A stretch of DNA of 64,000 bases, from positions 96,977,250 through 97,041,249 of the forward strand of contig NC_068981.1 of assembly GCF_001194135.2 (NCBI RefSeq), read 5' to 3'. A program made the position numbers and the translations under genes. The notes under the pieces are model-generated. The model did no database searches, was not told where the DNA came from, and worked only from the letters and a program-made list of their open reading frames with translations. This stretch comes from Octopus bimaculoides. Its lineage: Eukaryota. Shown one piece after another: positions 1 through 13,469 of this stretch (positions are counted from its first letter, which is position 1; every line of letters begins with the position of its first letter).

Positions 1-1551
1 ATATATATATATATATATATATATACATACATATATATATATATATACATGTGCAGGTGATAATTTATTTATGGCTTCAATTCAGATGATAACATGAATA
101 TAATGTCATTGTGATATGGCCTGGTCTGATACACATGCACATAACATGAGTGTAGCTTTCATTTTGGTAAATATGTAGAAGATAGCCTGAATATATTTTA
201 TATGTATGTATGTATGTGTGTATGCATGCATGTATGTATTGCAATATATTACTCGGTGCAGATTGCTCCAATCATCAGCTGGTGGAGGCTCAACCTGGGG
301 TTAAATGGGTGTGATGGGTGTAATGGGTGAACAGCCATATTGATGTATGATTTCAGTCTAGTAGATATGTAAATACCAAATATCATAACCAAAGATCATT
401 TTCTGTTTTCTTTTGTTTTTTTTTTTGTTTTTCCAGAAATGGAACATACCTCTTTAAGTACCAAAGTCTATATTACGATTAATTAAATTCCCAATTCTTA
501 AAATCAATTTATCGACTACCGCAATCAGCATTAAATTAAACTAGAATTATCTAATAGTACATAGATATGCTATATACAAAATGCATTTTATTCATTAATT
601 TTTATTCCCTTTGATGTGTATGCAGACTAGAAATCATCTTATCCTCTGAAATTACTCTCCAAATCTCAAGCTCAACATTTTCCGTCAAATGATAAATTCT
701 TGAATTTTGTTAATTCTTCCAATGACACTGAGCTTCAATCGACAACAGATGGTAAGCCATGGATATAATCTGTGTTGTTGCTTGTAGAGGTAGATATGGA
801 TGAGTGGTTAAGTTCACCTCGTAACCATACTGCACTGGGTTCGGTCTCACGGCATGGCATTTCCGACAGGTGCGTTTATCATAAGCCCTGGTTGATCCAA
901 GCCTTGCTGGTAGATTTGGGTACACAGATACTGAGTACAACTATATCAGATTGACTATACATGAATCCAAATGCTCAGCTTTATCACGCTCTCAGTCACA
1001 TTGATTCTTCTTGTGAATTACATGAACAGTAAACGTGTTCGTGGAACACACAGCTGCTTCGCAGGCTAATTCTAAAGTAGGTTGTCCAGCTGTCCAAAAC
1101 ACTGGATGCTCATAGGTCGAAATCGATGTAAGCTTACTTCCAGATCAACGGGACCAAGAAGGTTCATCATGGTTGTGATTATCTTGTTTTTGTTTTTTGT
1201 TTTTATCTTTTTACTTTTTTTCCAGGCATCTAGAAATTCATTCTAGAAAACTCATTGTTTTATTAGATTAAGCATATGATTTTACAGAGAAATTGTGACT
1301 AATATTTGTCTCAGACTGAATATTTTTTATATGTATGTATGTATGTGTGTATGCATGCATGTATGTATGTATTGCAATATATACCCGGTGCAGATTGCAT
1401 CGATCATCAGCTGGTGGAGACTCAACCTAGGGTTAAATGGGTGTAATGTTGAACAGCCATAATGATGTAGCGATAAACATTACTTCTCAATATAGTTATT
1501 ACTTTCATCTCTCATTGAGATTTTCTAACTCGCTACTTTGCGTGTTGTATA

Positions 1552-1667
1552 GGCGCAGGAGTGTTTGTGTGGTGAGTAGCTTGCTTACCAACTACATGGT
1601 TCTGGATCCAGTCCCACTGCGTAGCCTTGTGAGTGGATTTGGTAAACGGAAACTGAAAGAAGCCTGT

Positions 1668-1712
<45 letters not shown>

Positions 1713-1974
1713 NNNNNNNNNNNNNNNNNNNNNNNNNNNNNNNNNNNNNNNNNNNNNNNNNNNNNNNNNNNNNNNNNNNNNNNNNNNNNNNNNNNNNNNN
1801 NNNNNNNNNNNNNNNNNNNNNNNNNNNNNNNNNNNNNNNNNNNNNNNNNNNNNNNNNNNNNNNNNNNNNNNNNNNNNNNNNNNNNNNNNNNNNNNNNNNN
1901 NNNNNNNNNNNNNNNNNNNNNNNNNNNNNNNNNNNNNNNNGGCCGCAGTCAAATGACCGAAACAAATATAAGAG

Positions 1975-1976
<2 letters not shown>
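1552..1976 (+). mobile_element. SINE family A copy spanning an N-gap
   Basis: Same head, core and tail as 16183-16594. Confidence 0.75.
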
Positions 1977-2047
<71 letters not shown>

Positions 2048-3269
2048 GAGAGAGAGAAGGGAGATGCAGATAGTGTAAGTCGATTGACGTATATAGATAA
2101 GTATGTACAATGAGTGCTTAGATTGATTTACCTCTAAAATTCCGGCTTGAAGTGCAAATGGGTTGAAATTGAATGTCCAAGGCTACTAGAAGCAGTACCT
2201 GATTCAGCGGGTATAAAATAGATTTAAAAAATGTAAGTCGGACAAGCAAAGCATTTCGTGTCACCCGAAGATACTTACTTCATAATAAAGAGTACAGATA
2301 AAGTGTAACACAGATATGGTAGATAAGTACAGTCCCTTACAGCTGTTTCTGGAATACCTGAGCAAGTGGATCATGTTAATATGTTAGGAATTCACGTTAT
2401 CCAAGCACCCCGTCATCGGATATGCATATATATATATATATACACATATCTTTGTGTTGCATGTCTCGTTTCTCTGTTTGTTTGTTTTTTTTTCGTTGTT
2501 CGAAAAAAGTTCGTTTTCTGTTTTCGTCTTTATGTTTTCGTTTCTCATTGTGTTTAACGGTTTTTGATGTCCTGTACTCATATATGCATGTATGTATACA
2601 TATAGATGTAGGTATGTACATATATGTATGGATATATGCATATGTTTATATATTATTTATATTATTATATGATCGAACGCCACGCATCCTTTCCAAAGTA
2701 AGTTTTATCTTAATAATCACAATGCGCCCTCTGCTACTATTACTATCACTTCCCTGTCTATCTCTCTCCCTCTCTTGTTCATCCTTTCTGTTTTTCTCTC
2801 CCACCCTTTCCCTATCCTTCTCTCCCTTTCACCCTTCCCTCTCTCTCTCTCTCTCTCTCTCTCACTCTTCCTCCTTGACCCTCTCGTTGCTGACACGTGA
2901 CGAAAGGGGATCTCTCTTTCTGCTCACTNNNNNNNNNNNNNNNNNNNNNNNNNNNNNNNNNNNNNNNNNNNNNNNNNNNNNNNNNNNNNNNNNNNNNNNN
3001 NNNNNNNNNNNNNNNNNNNNNNNNNNNNNNNNNNNNNNNNNNNNNNNNNNNNNNNNNNNNNNNNNNNNNNNNNNTCTCATGCACGTCTATCTTAGCGTTC
3101 ACAATAATTTTTCTATCGTCTTGGCTTAACAGCCCTCACTGTTTGTTTTTACTGTCTTGTTCTCACTGTCATGCTCTTACTGTTTTTACTGTCTTGTTCT
3201 CACTGTCCTTTTCTTATAAACACTTTCACCCTCCGCAAAAAATTCCAAATTTTATTTAATTTGCTTTGC

Positions 3270-3575
3270 GGGAAGGACTGTTCCAACGAAGTCGCGTATT
3301 GTCCTTGCCTTCGAAACGCGGAGTAGATGGAACAGGGACAACTGACGAAGGGTTATACTCTTTATGTTGCATGTCTCGTTTCTCTGTTTGATTTTTTTCG
3401 TTGTTCGAAAAAAGTTCGTTTTCTGTTTTCGTCTTTATATTTTCGTTTCTCATTTTGTTTAACGTTTTTTGATGTCTTGTACCCATATATGCATGTATGT
3501 ATACATATAGATGTAGGTATGTACATATATGTATGGATATATGCATATGTTTATGTATTATTTATATTATATGTA
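3270..3575. repeat. Repeat with possible Penelope-like terminal sequence; about 220 bp duplicated at 2452-2672
   Basis: cgaaacgcggag...caactgacgaagggttatactc precedes a block nearly identical to 2452-2672. The Penelope assignment is tentative. Confidence 0.4.
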
Positions 3576-3590
3576 TACAGACAGACAGAC

Positions 3591-3667
<77 letters not shown>

Positions 3668-4469
3668 GAGAGCGAGAGGGATAGATGAGAGTATATGAAA
3701 GCTAGACAGTCATAAATTAACTTTGTATAGTGACACATTCTGGTGTCGGATGGGATCACATGTTTAGTCATAATAGGGAAGGGTACTTTAGATCCCTCTC
3801 AAGTAGATGGTCAACAAGTACAGGAAATGGTCAGTCTTTCTTACTTTATCATATTGTTATCTCTAAACGCTTAATTCCATTCTTTATTTTCTTTTTCTTT
3901 TTTTCCTGATAATCTGACCGAGATATAAAATTGTATTTCATAGGTAACTGGATATGAGTCCTTTTGTGTCTGTCTTTTTTCTTGTTTCGCTGTTTCTGTA
4001 TTTTGAATTTTGATTATACCTTTGTTTTGTCTGTCATTTCATCTATGGATCGAGTTTTGCCTGCAAATTGCTGGAAATAGCACATTGCTTTGGGAATTCG
4101 TTCTTGTATAGAGTGAAATGACAGTATGATCTAACGAAGGATTTATTCAAAGTAACCACCTGACGAAACACATTTTACACCTGTTGATGGATGGTAGTGA
4201 TTACACAATATGTTAATTATATCATCTCACTACGATGGGACGATGTGTGGAAACAATTGTAGTAATATACAACAAAGAATGTCATTCAGTCCATTTTTTA
4301 TTATTCATCTCGGACAGACAGACAGACAGGTAAATATGCAGACAGACAAATAGAAAGACAGACAGACGGAATAATAATAAGTTGATGGATAAAAACAACA
4401 AAATCAGTAACAAAAGCAGCAGCAGCGAATACAAGAATGGTAAGAATGACTGTATAAGAGGTTGATAAA

Positions 4470-4500
<31 letters not shown>

Positions 4501-4956
4501 ATGCGTGTGTGTGTGTGTATGTATTTATATGTATGTATATANNNNNNNNNNNNNNNNNNNNNNNNNNNNNNNNNNNNNNNNNNNNNNNNNNNNNNNNNNN
4601 NNNNNNNNNNNNNNNNNNNNNNNNNNNNNNNNNNNNNNNNNNNNNNNNNNNNNNNNNNNNNNNNNNNNNNNNNNNNNNNNNNNNNNNNNNNNNNNNNNNN
4701 NNNNNNNNNNNNNNNNNNNNNNNNNNNNNNNNNNNNNNNNNNNNNNNNNNNNNNNNNNNNNNNNNNNNNNNNNNNNNNNNNNNNNNNNNNNNNNNNNNNN
4801 NNNNNNNNNNNNNNNNNNNNNNNATATATACACATATACATACATACATACATATACACATATATATTTGTATATACATATATATATATGTATTTATGTA
4901 TTTTTACTCTTTTACTCGTTTCAGCAATGCGGCTGCGGTCATGCTGGAGCACCACC

Positions 4957-5009
<53 letters not shown>

Positions 5010-6474
5010 TGTGTATACATACATACATATACACATATATATCTGTATATACACACATATATATATAATCACAAGCATGCAAACAAGCGCACACATGCAC
5101 ACATATACATACATATACATACACATATATATACATGTGTTTAAATATATGCATGCCTTAAGTATATATATATGCTTTTGGTGCGAATGGCTTTGCTATA
5201 CTGCGCCGGGTTTTACAATCCTGTAAATGATGATAATAATGGCATTTATATAAGCCTAAAGCTTATAGCGATCACCACGACTAAGGAAAATAGTCTAATA
5301 ATGGGGCATATAAGCCGTCGACAGAAAAAAAGTAGGCTTTCCTATCCGCGAAGCGATACAAGCTTGTGTCAGGTTCAATTGTACATTGTGTTAGATAAAA
5401 CACGAGGATTACGGTATGTTTGACAGAGTGAGCAGAGTTTTGAAGAACACAAGAAGAAGCAAGGTTGTAGATGCCACACAATGATGCTTTATGACGCACT
5501 TTGGCGAGCAAATTCATTTAAAACTGCTGTAAAATAATTAAAAGACACCCAAAACAACAACTACAGCAACAACAATGGTGTTTGTGAACAGCACCACCAA
5601 CAACAACAATAACAGGAGTAGTAAAGACTAGCGGTCGGGCGGTCGGGCAGGCGGGCGTGTGGGTGCAGTGTGAGGAGAGTAAGAATTTCAATTTCTCACA
5701 TTTTTCAACTGTGTAGGTTTGGAGATTTATGTAATGGTGAAATCCTGAAGCATAATATTCCCTTGATAAACTCTGGCAGTTTACTGATGTACCGTGAGTA
5801 GTACTCTGTTNNNNNNNNNNNNNNNNNNNNNNNNNNNNNNNNNNNNNNNNNNNNNNNNNNNNNNNNNNNNNNNNNNNNNNNNNNNNNNNNNNNNNNNNNN
5901 NNNNNNNNNNNNNNNNNNNNNNNNNNNNNNNNNNNNNNNNNNNNNNNNNNNNNNNNNNNNNNNNNNNNNNNNNNNNNNNNNNNNNNNNNNNNNNNNNNNN
6001 NNNNNNNNNNNNNNNNNNNNNNNNNNNNNNNNNNNNNNNNNNNNNNNNNNNNNNNNNNNNNNNNNNNNNNNNNNNNNNNNNNNNNNNNNNNNNNNNNNNN
6101 NNNNNNNNNNNNNNNNNNNNNNNNNNNNNNNNNNNNNNNNNNNNNNNNNNNNNNNNNNNNNNNNNNNNNNNNNNNNNNNNNNNNNNNNNNNNNNNNNNNN
6201 NNNNNNNNNNNNNNNNNNNNNNNNNNNNNNNNNNNNNNNNNNNNNNNNNNNNNNNNNNNNNNNNNNNNNNNNNNNNNNNNNNNNNNNNNNNNNNNNNNNN
6301 NNNNNNNNNNNNNNNNNNNNNNNNNNNNNNNNNNNNNNNNNNNNNNNNNNNNNNNNNNNNNNNNNNNNNNNNNNNNNNNNNNNNNNNNNNNNNNNNNNNN
6401 NNNNNNNNNNNNNNNNNNNNNNNNNNNNNNNNNNNNNNNNNNNNNNNNNNNNNNNNNNNNNNNNNNNNNNNNNN

Positions 6475-6512
<38 letters not shown>

Positions 6513-6568
6513 GCACACACACAGACACACATAGGCATACGTACATGTGTGTGTGTATGGTTGTCACC

Positions 6569-6824
6569 TAATGTAATGTGTGTTGTTAAACGCTTTTAGG
6601 CTGCGCTAGTTCGTCCACAGAAGGTCTCTATAAAGACGTAGAGCGTGAAAAGACATCGTTTACCTCAAAGTCATGCGAAATGATTCGCCCAAGAAATAAA
6701 TGTGGAAGACAGATAATGATATTTCGCTGGTGCTTCAGCTCAGCAGTGCTGTATACTTTATTCGTCTGACTTCAAATGTTTGTTAAATGCAGCCTGAAAG
6801 CGTTTTAACAACACACATACATTA
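6569..6824. mobile_element. TA-flanked MITE with about 36-bp terminal inverted repeats
   Basis: 6569-6604 taatgtaatgtgtgttgttaaacgcttttaggctgc is the near-perfect reverse complement of 6789-6824 gcagcctgaaagcgttttaacaacacacatacatta. Confidence 0.65.
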
Positions 6825-6948
6825 AGCATGACATCGATAATATCTAAATTGTAGAGATGCTGCTAACTCAAAATGTGTGTGTAGAGAGAGACACAGAGAG
6901 AGACAGTGAGAGAGAGGGAGAGAGAGAGAGAGAGAGAGAGAGTGCGTA

Positions 6949-8184
6949 AGATATTTGAGGACAGATTTATGTTTATAAAAAAAAACCAGATATATAACAG
7001 ATAATAACTTTATTAAAAACTGCTATGATGATAAAAATAAACCTTTTCTATAATGTTATTCAATAAAGCCACCTTCTGCTTCAACAACTGCTTCTATATG
7101 AGATTTAAATCATCTACATGCTCGAATCAAGTGGTCCTGGTTCATTTTGGACAATAGTCTGAGTATGGCAGCTTTCAAAGAATTTTTCGTGTTATAAGCG
7201 TGTTCATTGACCTCTCTCTCAACAACGCTCCACATGTAATAGTCTAATGGATTGAGATTTGGGGAACTAGGAGGTCAAATGTTAGGGATTATGTTATCAT
7301 AAAAATTTTCAGCCATCCATTCCTGTGTTACTAGAGCCATGTGTGATAATGCAGAGTCTTACTGAAACACATATAGCCTTCCATTCCATACACTGTCTAG
7401 CCAGGGCTAAACAATTATTTCCAGGACCTCAATGTAGGTGGCAGAGTTAACTCTAGGGCCTTGTGGAAAGAAGTAAGGAGGCTTCACATGTCCTTCGTTG
7501 CTGACAACCCCTAAAACCATGACAGTTGCAGGAAATTTTGTATGCATAACACTTGTAACTTCAGAATGGCCTGCACATAACCATCTGTCATTTTTTTCTG
7601 TTAACTTTTTGATCTTGGTTGAAGTTTTTCTCGTTTGAAAAGAAAAACAAATAAAATCTTTTTCTGCTGGATTGTTCAGTTTGTTTAAGAGCCTTTTAGA
7701 TCTGATGTAGTGATTTTGTTTTGCTTTTTCTGACAAATTGACCTTTCCTCATCATATAAGACATATCTGATGTCTTCGTAGACAACATTTCTGACTGTTC
7801 CTTCTGACACATGGAGATCTTTTACAATTGACCTCATGACCTTTCTGGATTGTAATCAATGGTCTGTTGAACTTGCTGGATAAATTCAGGTGTTCTGATG
7901 ATTTCAGAGCGTTTAGAATGCTTTTTTTGTTTTGATACTGGTGATACGTTTCCATCTTCAGTTTCTAGCTCCCTACAAACTTTGTAGATGAAAGATCTGG
8001 AAACTTTAAAAAGTCGAGATATTTCTAAATCGCTATGCTCAGCCTTTATGACCACAATAACAGCATGCCTCTTTATTTCTTGAGTAAGCTGAAGGTCTGT
8101 CATTATTATTTTCTGAAACAAGGATTATACAGAGTTAGCAAAAAGTGCAGCAATGACCCAAAAAGTGTATGTCCTCAAATACCT
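6949..8184 (-). mobile_element. Full-length but decayed Tc1/mariner DNA transposon, DD37D (maT) type
   Basis: TA-flanked imperfect TIRs (TA|AGATATTTGAGGACAG ... TGTCCTCAAATACCT|TA). Transposase remnants from about 8121 to 7056 include KFPATVMVLGVVSNEG and FQ*DSA..H...SPNLNPLDY with 37 residues between the second and third Asp. Internal stops and frameshifts. Confidence 0.85.
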
Positions 8185-8187
8185 TAT

Positions 8188-8193
8188 ATATAT

Positions 8194-8257
<64 letters not shown>

Positions 8258-8370
8258 ATGCATGTATGTATGTATGTATGTATGCACGTATGTATGTATG
8301 TATGTTTGCTTGTATGTATGTATGTATGTATGTATGTATGTTTGTATGTATGTATGTATGTATGTATGGT
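8188..8370. repeat. Compound microsatellite (GT)n/(GTAT)n
   Basis: Read directly from the sequence. Many similar (AT)n, (GT)n, (GA)n, (GATA)n and (AAT)n tracts occur throughout, often flanking N-gaps. Confidence 0.95.
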
Positions 8371-8560
8371 AGGGTTCAAATTTGCTTGTACTAAGATTAA
8401 CAATTCATACTTCAAAGTTTCAAGCATGACTCCAACCCACATTGTTACTCCTCCAAACTGGATAAGGTTTTGTTCTTTTCTCTGGACATCAGTTATATCC
8501 CTAACATAGACATTTTGCATAAAAGACATATGCCATAAACCTATGCTGGATTCCCTCATT
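8370..8560 (-). mobile_element. Possible Tc1-like transposase fragment
   Basis: Translation includes QFGGVTMWVGV, reminiscent of the Tc1 FGGGSVMVWG motif; short and degraded. Confidence 0.3.
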
Positions 8561-9214
8561 ACACAAATATATGGACATTGTCCATATTTATAACATCACA
8601 TGATTCACAGAATATATACACAAACTTATGAATCCACAACCTCATGAATTTGCAACCCGAATGGACCAAGTTTGGAGTCAAAATATGTGGAATTTGACAA
8701 TTATGTGCACATACTCAAACACGAACAAAACACATAATGCAGGTGTGTGTGTGTGTGTGTGTGCGTGTGTGTATGTGCGTGTGTATGAGTATATTTATAT
8801 GTGTATGTATGAGTGTGTGTGTCCTAGTGTGTGTGTGTGTCCCAGTGTGCGTATGTGTATGTGCACATATTTTGTACGGATGTGCATGTGCCCATACGTG
8901 TGTATTTATATTTATAAATTTGAACGTGTACGAACCTTCTCACATGAAATTATTAAGGAATTAATTCATGATGGGCGCAACTCCTTACAAACACACCAGG
9001 GTTAATGTAAGGGAGACGACAATTAGGATTTTCTTATATGTTACCTATCGTGATTGTATATTTATTTATCCTCAAATCCCGTACACTCTGTGTAGCTCAA
9101 GTATTCTCATCCAAAGTTGAGATGAGTACCAATGTTCCATGAGGCAAACTTGATAATTGTTGAGAGATTTTTCGCAGCATGAAACCAATAGTAGACTTGT
9201 TATCCCACAAATAA

Positions 9215-9215
9215 A

Positions 9216-9272
<57 letters not shown>

Positions 9273-9340
9273 CAGGTAGATAGACAGACTGACAGACAGA
9301 CAGACAGACAGATAGATAGCTAGATAGCTAGATAGATACA
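9215..9340. repeat. (GATA)n/(GACA)n microsatellite
   Basis: Read directly from the sequence. Confidence 0.95.
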
Positions 9341-9478
9341 TTTCTTTTATTAGCCACACAGGGCTAGATAGATAGATANNNNNNNNNNNNNNNNNNNNNN
9401 NNNNNNNNNNNNNNNNNNNNNNNNNNNNNNNNNNNNNNNNNNNNNNNNNNNNNNNNNNNNNNNNNNNNNNNNNNNNNN

Positions 9479-11935
9479 AATGATCTTATGGTTTGCAATA
9501 CTAACTTCAGGAAAGCTGTCAGTCACCTAGTCACCTACCAATCTGGTAGACACATTAGACAAATTGACTACATCCTCGCCAGCAAAAACCTTCCCAGTCG
9601 AAGAATGTACCCCACAACATAGACTAGTAGTTAGCGGCTTCAGTATGAGGGCTAAATGGATGCCCAGAAGATGACCAGCATGGAGGAGAAGGGTCTGGAA
9701 GCTTAAAGATCCTGTGATTTAGAGACGTATTACTTGAAGCTTTTGATGAAATAGAGGGGGATGTAGCATCACATAATGTGGAAGACAGCTGGAGGTTTCT
9801 ACGGGACAACCTGCTGAAGGCCACTGACCAGATCTGTGGATGGTACAAAGTCCCCTCTCAACCCAAGGTAATGTGGTAGAGGAACAATGTTGTTGACAGG
9901 GCCATTAGGGATAAGAAATGGGCTTGGAAGGTCTGGAGGAACGATTGTAGCAGGGAATTGTACCAGACTGCCAGAAGGGAAGCTAGGTGACAGGCTTGTT
10001 TAGCTAGAAGGGAAGGAGATAAGAAAAAATTTGCCAATGTTCTGTACCGTGAAGACCAAAGACTTGAATTATTTCGTGTTGCAAGACAGTGTGTGAGAGA
10101 GAATCGTGATGTCAGAGGAGAGAAATATGGATGATGGTTCACTTGCATTAAACGAGGCTAAAACAAGAGAGATATGGAGACAGCACTATGAAAGGTTGAT
10201 AAATAAAGAGAATGAATGGGAGAAAGAGAGTCTGCCAAATGCCAATCCAACAGAGGGACCAGCTATCTGAATTGACAGTACCTTGGTAGTTAAAGCAATT
10301 AAGGGTATGAAGACAGGGAAAGCCCCTGGCCCATCAGGAATCACCGCAGAGATGCTCAAAATATCTGGCAATGTCGGCTATAGCCTAGTCACCCGTATAG
10401 TTAACCAGGTGATACTTGAAGGAGTCATACCCAATGACTAGTGTAGCAGCACTATAGTCCACTGCTACAAAGGTAAAGATGATGCATTAGATACAAATAA
10501 TTAGAGCTATCAAGTTATTTGGATCAGGTAATGAAAATCATGGAGAGGGTCATAGCCCAACTAATTAGAGAGAGAGTCAGTTTAGATGAGATGCAGTTTG
10601 GGTTTGTGCCAGGGAAAAGCACCATCGATACTATATTTCTAGTAAGACAGCTGCAGGAGAAATACCTAGCCAAAGATAAAACCTCTGTACCTAGCCTTCG
10701 TTGACATGGAAAAAGCCTTTGACAGGGTCCCCTGATCCCTTTTCTGGTTGTCAATGAAGAAACTAGGGATAGATGAATGGTTAGTGAGAGCTGTGCAAGC
10801 CATGTGCAGGGATGCTGTCAGTAAGGTGAGGGTTGGCAACGAGTACAGTGAAGAATTCTGAGTAGGGGTGGGGTCCACCAAGGATCAGTCCTCAGCCCCC
10901 TCTTATTCATCATAGTCCTTCAGGCAATAACCGAGGAATTCAGGACAGGATGCCCCTGGGAGCTCCTGTATGTTGATGACCTTGCTCTAATTGCTGAGTC
11001 ACTATCAGAACTAGAGGAAAAGTTTCAGATGTGAAAGCAAGGATTAGAATTGAAGGGCCTTAGAGTCAACTTGGCTAAAACCAAAGTCAGACAAACCACA
11101 AATCCCTTCAGGTAGATGGCCCTGCTCGATCTGTAGAAAATGCATAGGTAGAAACTCCACAAGACGTACCCAGTGTAAGCTATGGATACATAAGAAGTGC
11201 AGCAATATCAAAGGAAGACTAACTGAGAAGATAGTTTTTGCATGTGGCATATGCTCAGGTGCTGTAAACACTGAAAATGTGCAGAGAACAGCTTCTGTCA
11301 CATTCCAGGGAGAAAAACTACAAATAGTTGATAGCTTCCATTACCTAGGGGACCAAGTCAGTAGCAGGGGTGGATGCTCTGAAAGTGTAGCTGCTGGAAT
11401 AAGAATAGCCTGGGCAAAGTTCAGAGAGCTCCTACCTCTGCTGGTGACAAAGGGCCTCTCGCTCAGAGTAAAAGGCAGACTGTATGACGCATGTGTACAA
11501 ACAGCCATGCTACATCGCAGTGAAACATGGGCCGTGACTGCTGANNNNNNNNNNGTGGTGTGCAAGAGAGATGACTGCGCTGGTATGGTCATGTGTTTTG
11601 AATGAATGAGGACAGCTGTGTGAAAAAGTGTCACACTCTAGCAGTTGAGGGAACCTGTGGAAGAGGTAGACCCAGGAAGACCTGGGATGAGGTGGTGAAG
11701 CATAACCTTCAAACATTGGGCCTTACTAAGGCAATGACTAGTGACCGAGACCTTCGGAGATATGCTGTGCTTGAGAAAACCCAACAAGCCAAGTGTGACC
11801 ATATCCTGTGGCCTATACCAGTGGGTATAACCAGCCCACTTATGAGTACCCTTTCATTCATTGGACAATAAAGTTTGCTTGTGAAGACCTATTGAGGCAA
11901 GTGAAATCAAAAGCAAAATCAAAATCAGAATCGTT
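9479..11935 (+). mobile_element. RTE-clade LINE, decayed ORF2 (endonuclease tail plus RT) and part of 3' UTR
   Basis: Motifs MQFGFVPGKSTIDTIFLVRQLQEKYL, AFVDMEKAFDRVP, HQGSVLSPLLFI, LLYVDDLAL and GRGRPRKTWDEVV. Many stops; 5' end runs into an N-gap; distal 3' UTR and tail are absent. Confidence 0.92.
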
Positions 11936-12057
11936 TTTATTGATTTAGTACTCAAGGCCAAATTACAAATACAGTACAGACACAACATACAATGAATTTA
12001 ACTAATGGAGTCTCTCCTGAAAACATATTTAAAACTATAAAATAAAATTGTTTTTCT

Positions 12058-12430
12058 CTTTGTGGCTGTGGGGTAAAAGATTTACTACCCAACCACATGG
12101 TTCCGGGTTCAGTCTCACTCTGTGGCACCTTGGGCAACTGTTTTCTACTATAGCCCTGGTCTTGTGAGTGGAAATGGAAACTGAAAGAAACCCTCTGAGT
12201 GTATGTAAATATATGTCTTTGTGTTTGTCCCCTGCCAACTCTTTGACAACTGGTATTGGTTTGTTTATGCCTCCATAACCTGGCAGTTCAGCACAAGAGG
12301 TCAATAGAATAAGTACCAGGCTTTTTTTTTTTTTTTTTTTGAAATAAAAAGGTACTGGGGTTGATTCATTCAACTAAAACCCTTCAAGGTAGTGCCTCAG
12401 CATGGCCACAGTCCAGTGACAAGTAAAAAA
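12058..12430 (+). mobile_element. SINE family A copy
   Basis: Head, CORE-like block and tail homologous to 16183-16594. Confidence 0.75.
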
Positions 12431-12759
12431 GATATGAAAGCAGATTAGTCATCCTATTCACTCACTAACGTAGCATCTGCTTGTAGTTGTATGGTTCAAT
12501 AAATGTATGGTTCAATAAATGTTCAGATAGCTCTGTTGTTGGGTAAAAGGTAAACAGGATTGTTATGTTGAGCCTTTCTTTTCCTAACTTATTTTTGTAA
12601 AAGTGAGATGTTGTGTACAACCATTCCGAAATAGTCTCATTGGTACTTGTTCACATTTAACTCTCTACCATCTTGATAATAGACATGGTTAAAGTTCAAG
12701 GTTACAGAGCTATTACTTCTATCTCCTTGATCTCTCTCTCTCTCTCTCTTTCTCTCCAG

Positions 12760-13145
12760 TGATCTTTTCCCCACCATATGGTTCCACGTTCAGTCCTACT
12801 GCATGTCACCTTGGGCAGGTGTCTTCTATTATAGCTCCAGATTGTCCAAAAGCCTTGAGTTGATTTTGATCGTCAGAAATTGAAAAAAGCCTATCACACA
12901 CACACACACACACACACACAAAATTCTGAAGGAGTTTCGTACATATATATATATACATGGGGAGGGGGTTTCTCCGTTACCACTGCTTGACAACCGATGT
13001 ATTTATAACACATTATCTTAGCAGTTCGGCAAAAGATTCTGATAAAATAAGTACCAGGATTTTAAAATAAGTCCTGCAGTGTAGTCGCTTGACTAAAATC
13101 TGTTTATGATGGTGTTCCAGCATGCCTGCAGTACAGTGATTGAAA
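12760..13145 (+). mobile_element. SINE family A copy (diverged)
   Basis: ccacgttcagtcctactgcatgtcaccttgggcaggtgtcttc...ttcggcaaaagattctgataaaataagtacc. Confidence 0.65.
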
Positions 13146-13469
13146 CGAATGATAAACTTTTAAGTCTTTTAAGATACGTAATGCAGTATTTCAGGGGAGG
13201 TAACTCTTGCTAACACCAATGAATTAATTCGAAATATACCTCCCCAAGCCTATTTAAAATCTTTTCATATATATATTTATTTACTTTGACTTGAAAGGAA
13301 AACTAATAATAATAATGATAATAATAATAATAATAATAATAAGAAGAAGAAGAAGAAGAAGAAGAATTTACATTTGTTAAATGAAGACTCTTAAGCATAA
13401 ATATTAAACTAAAATGTAAAGATGGAAACCACCATTAACCCTTTAGTATTTAAACCAGCCATATCCATC

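Noticed and set aside
1437-6567. Long ORFs of up to 349 aa in the track
   Set aside because: They consist of N-gaps (X runs) and dinucleotide repeats translating as CVCV/THTH/YIYI; not genes.
12488-12522. 16-bp tandem duplication (also about 25 bp near 3145-3210 and near 43595-43630)
   Set aside because: Two-copy slippage events with no spacer array; not CRISPR-like or otherwise structured.
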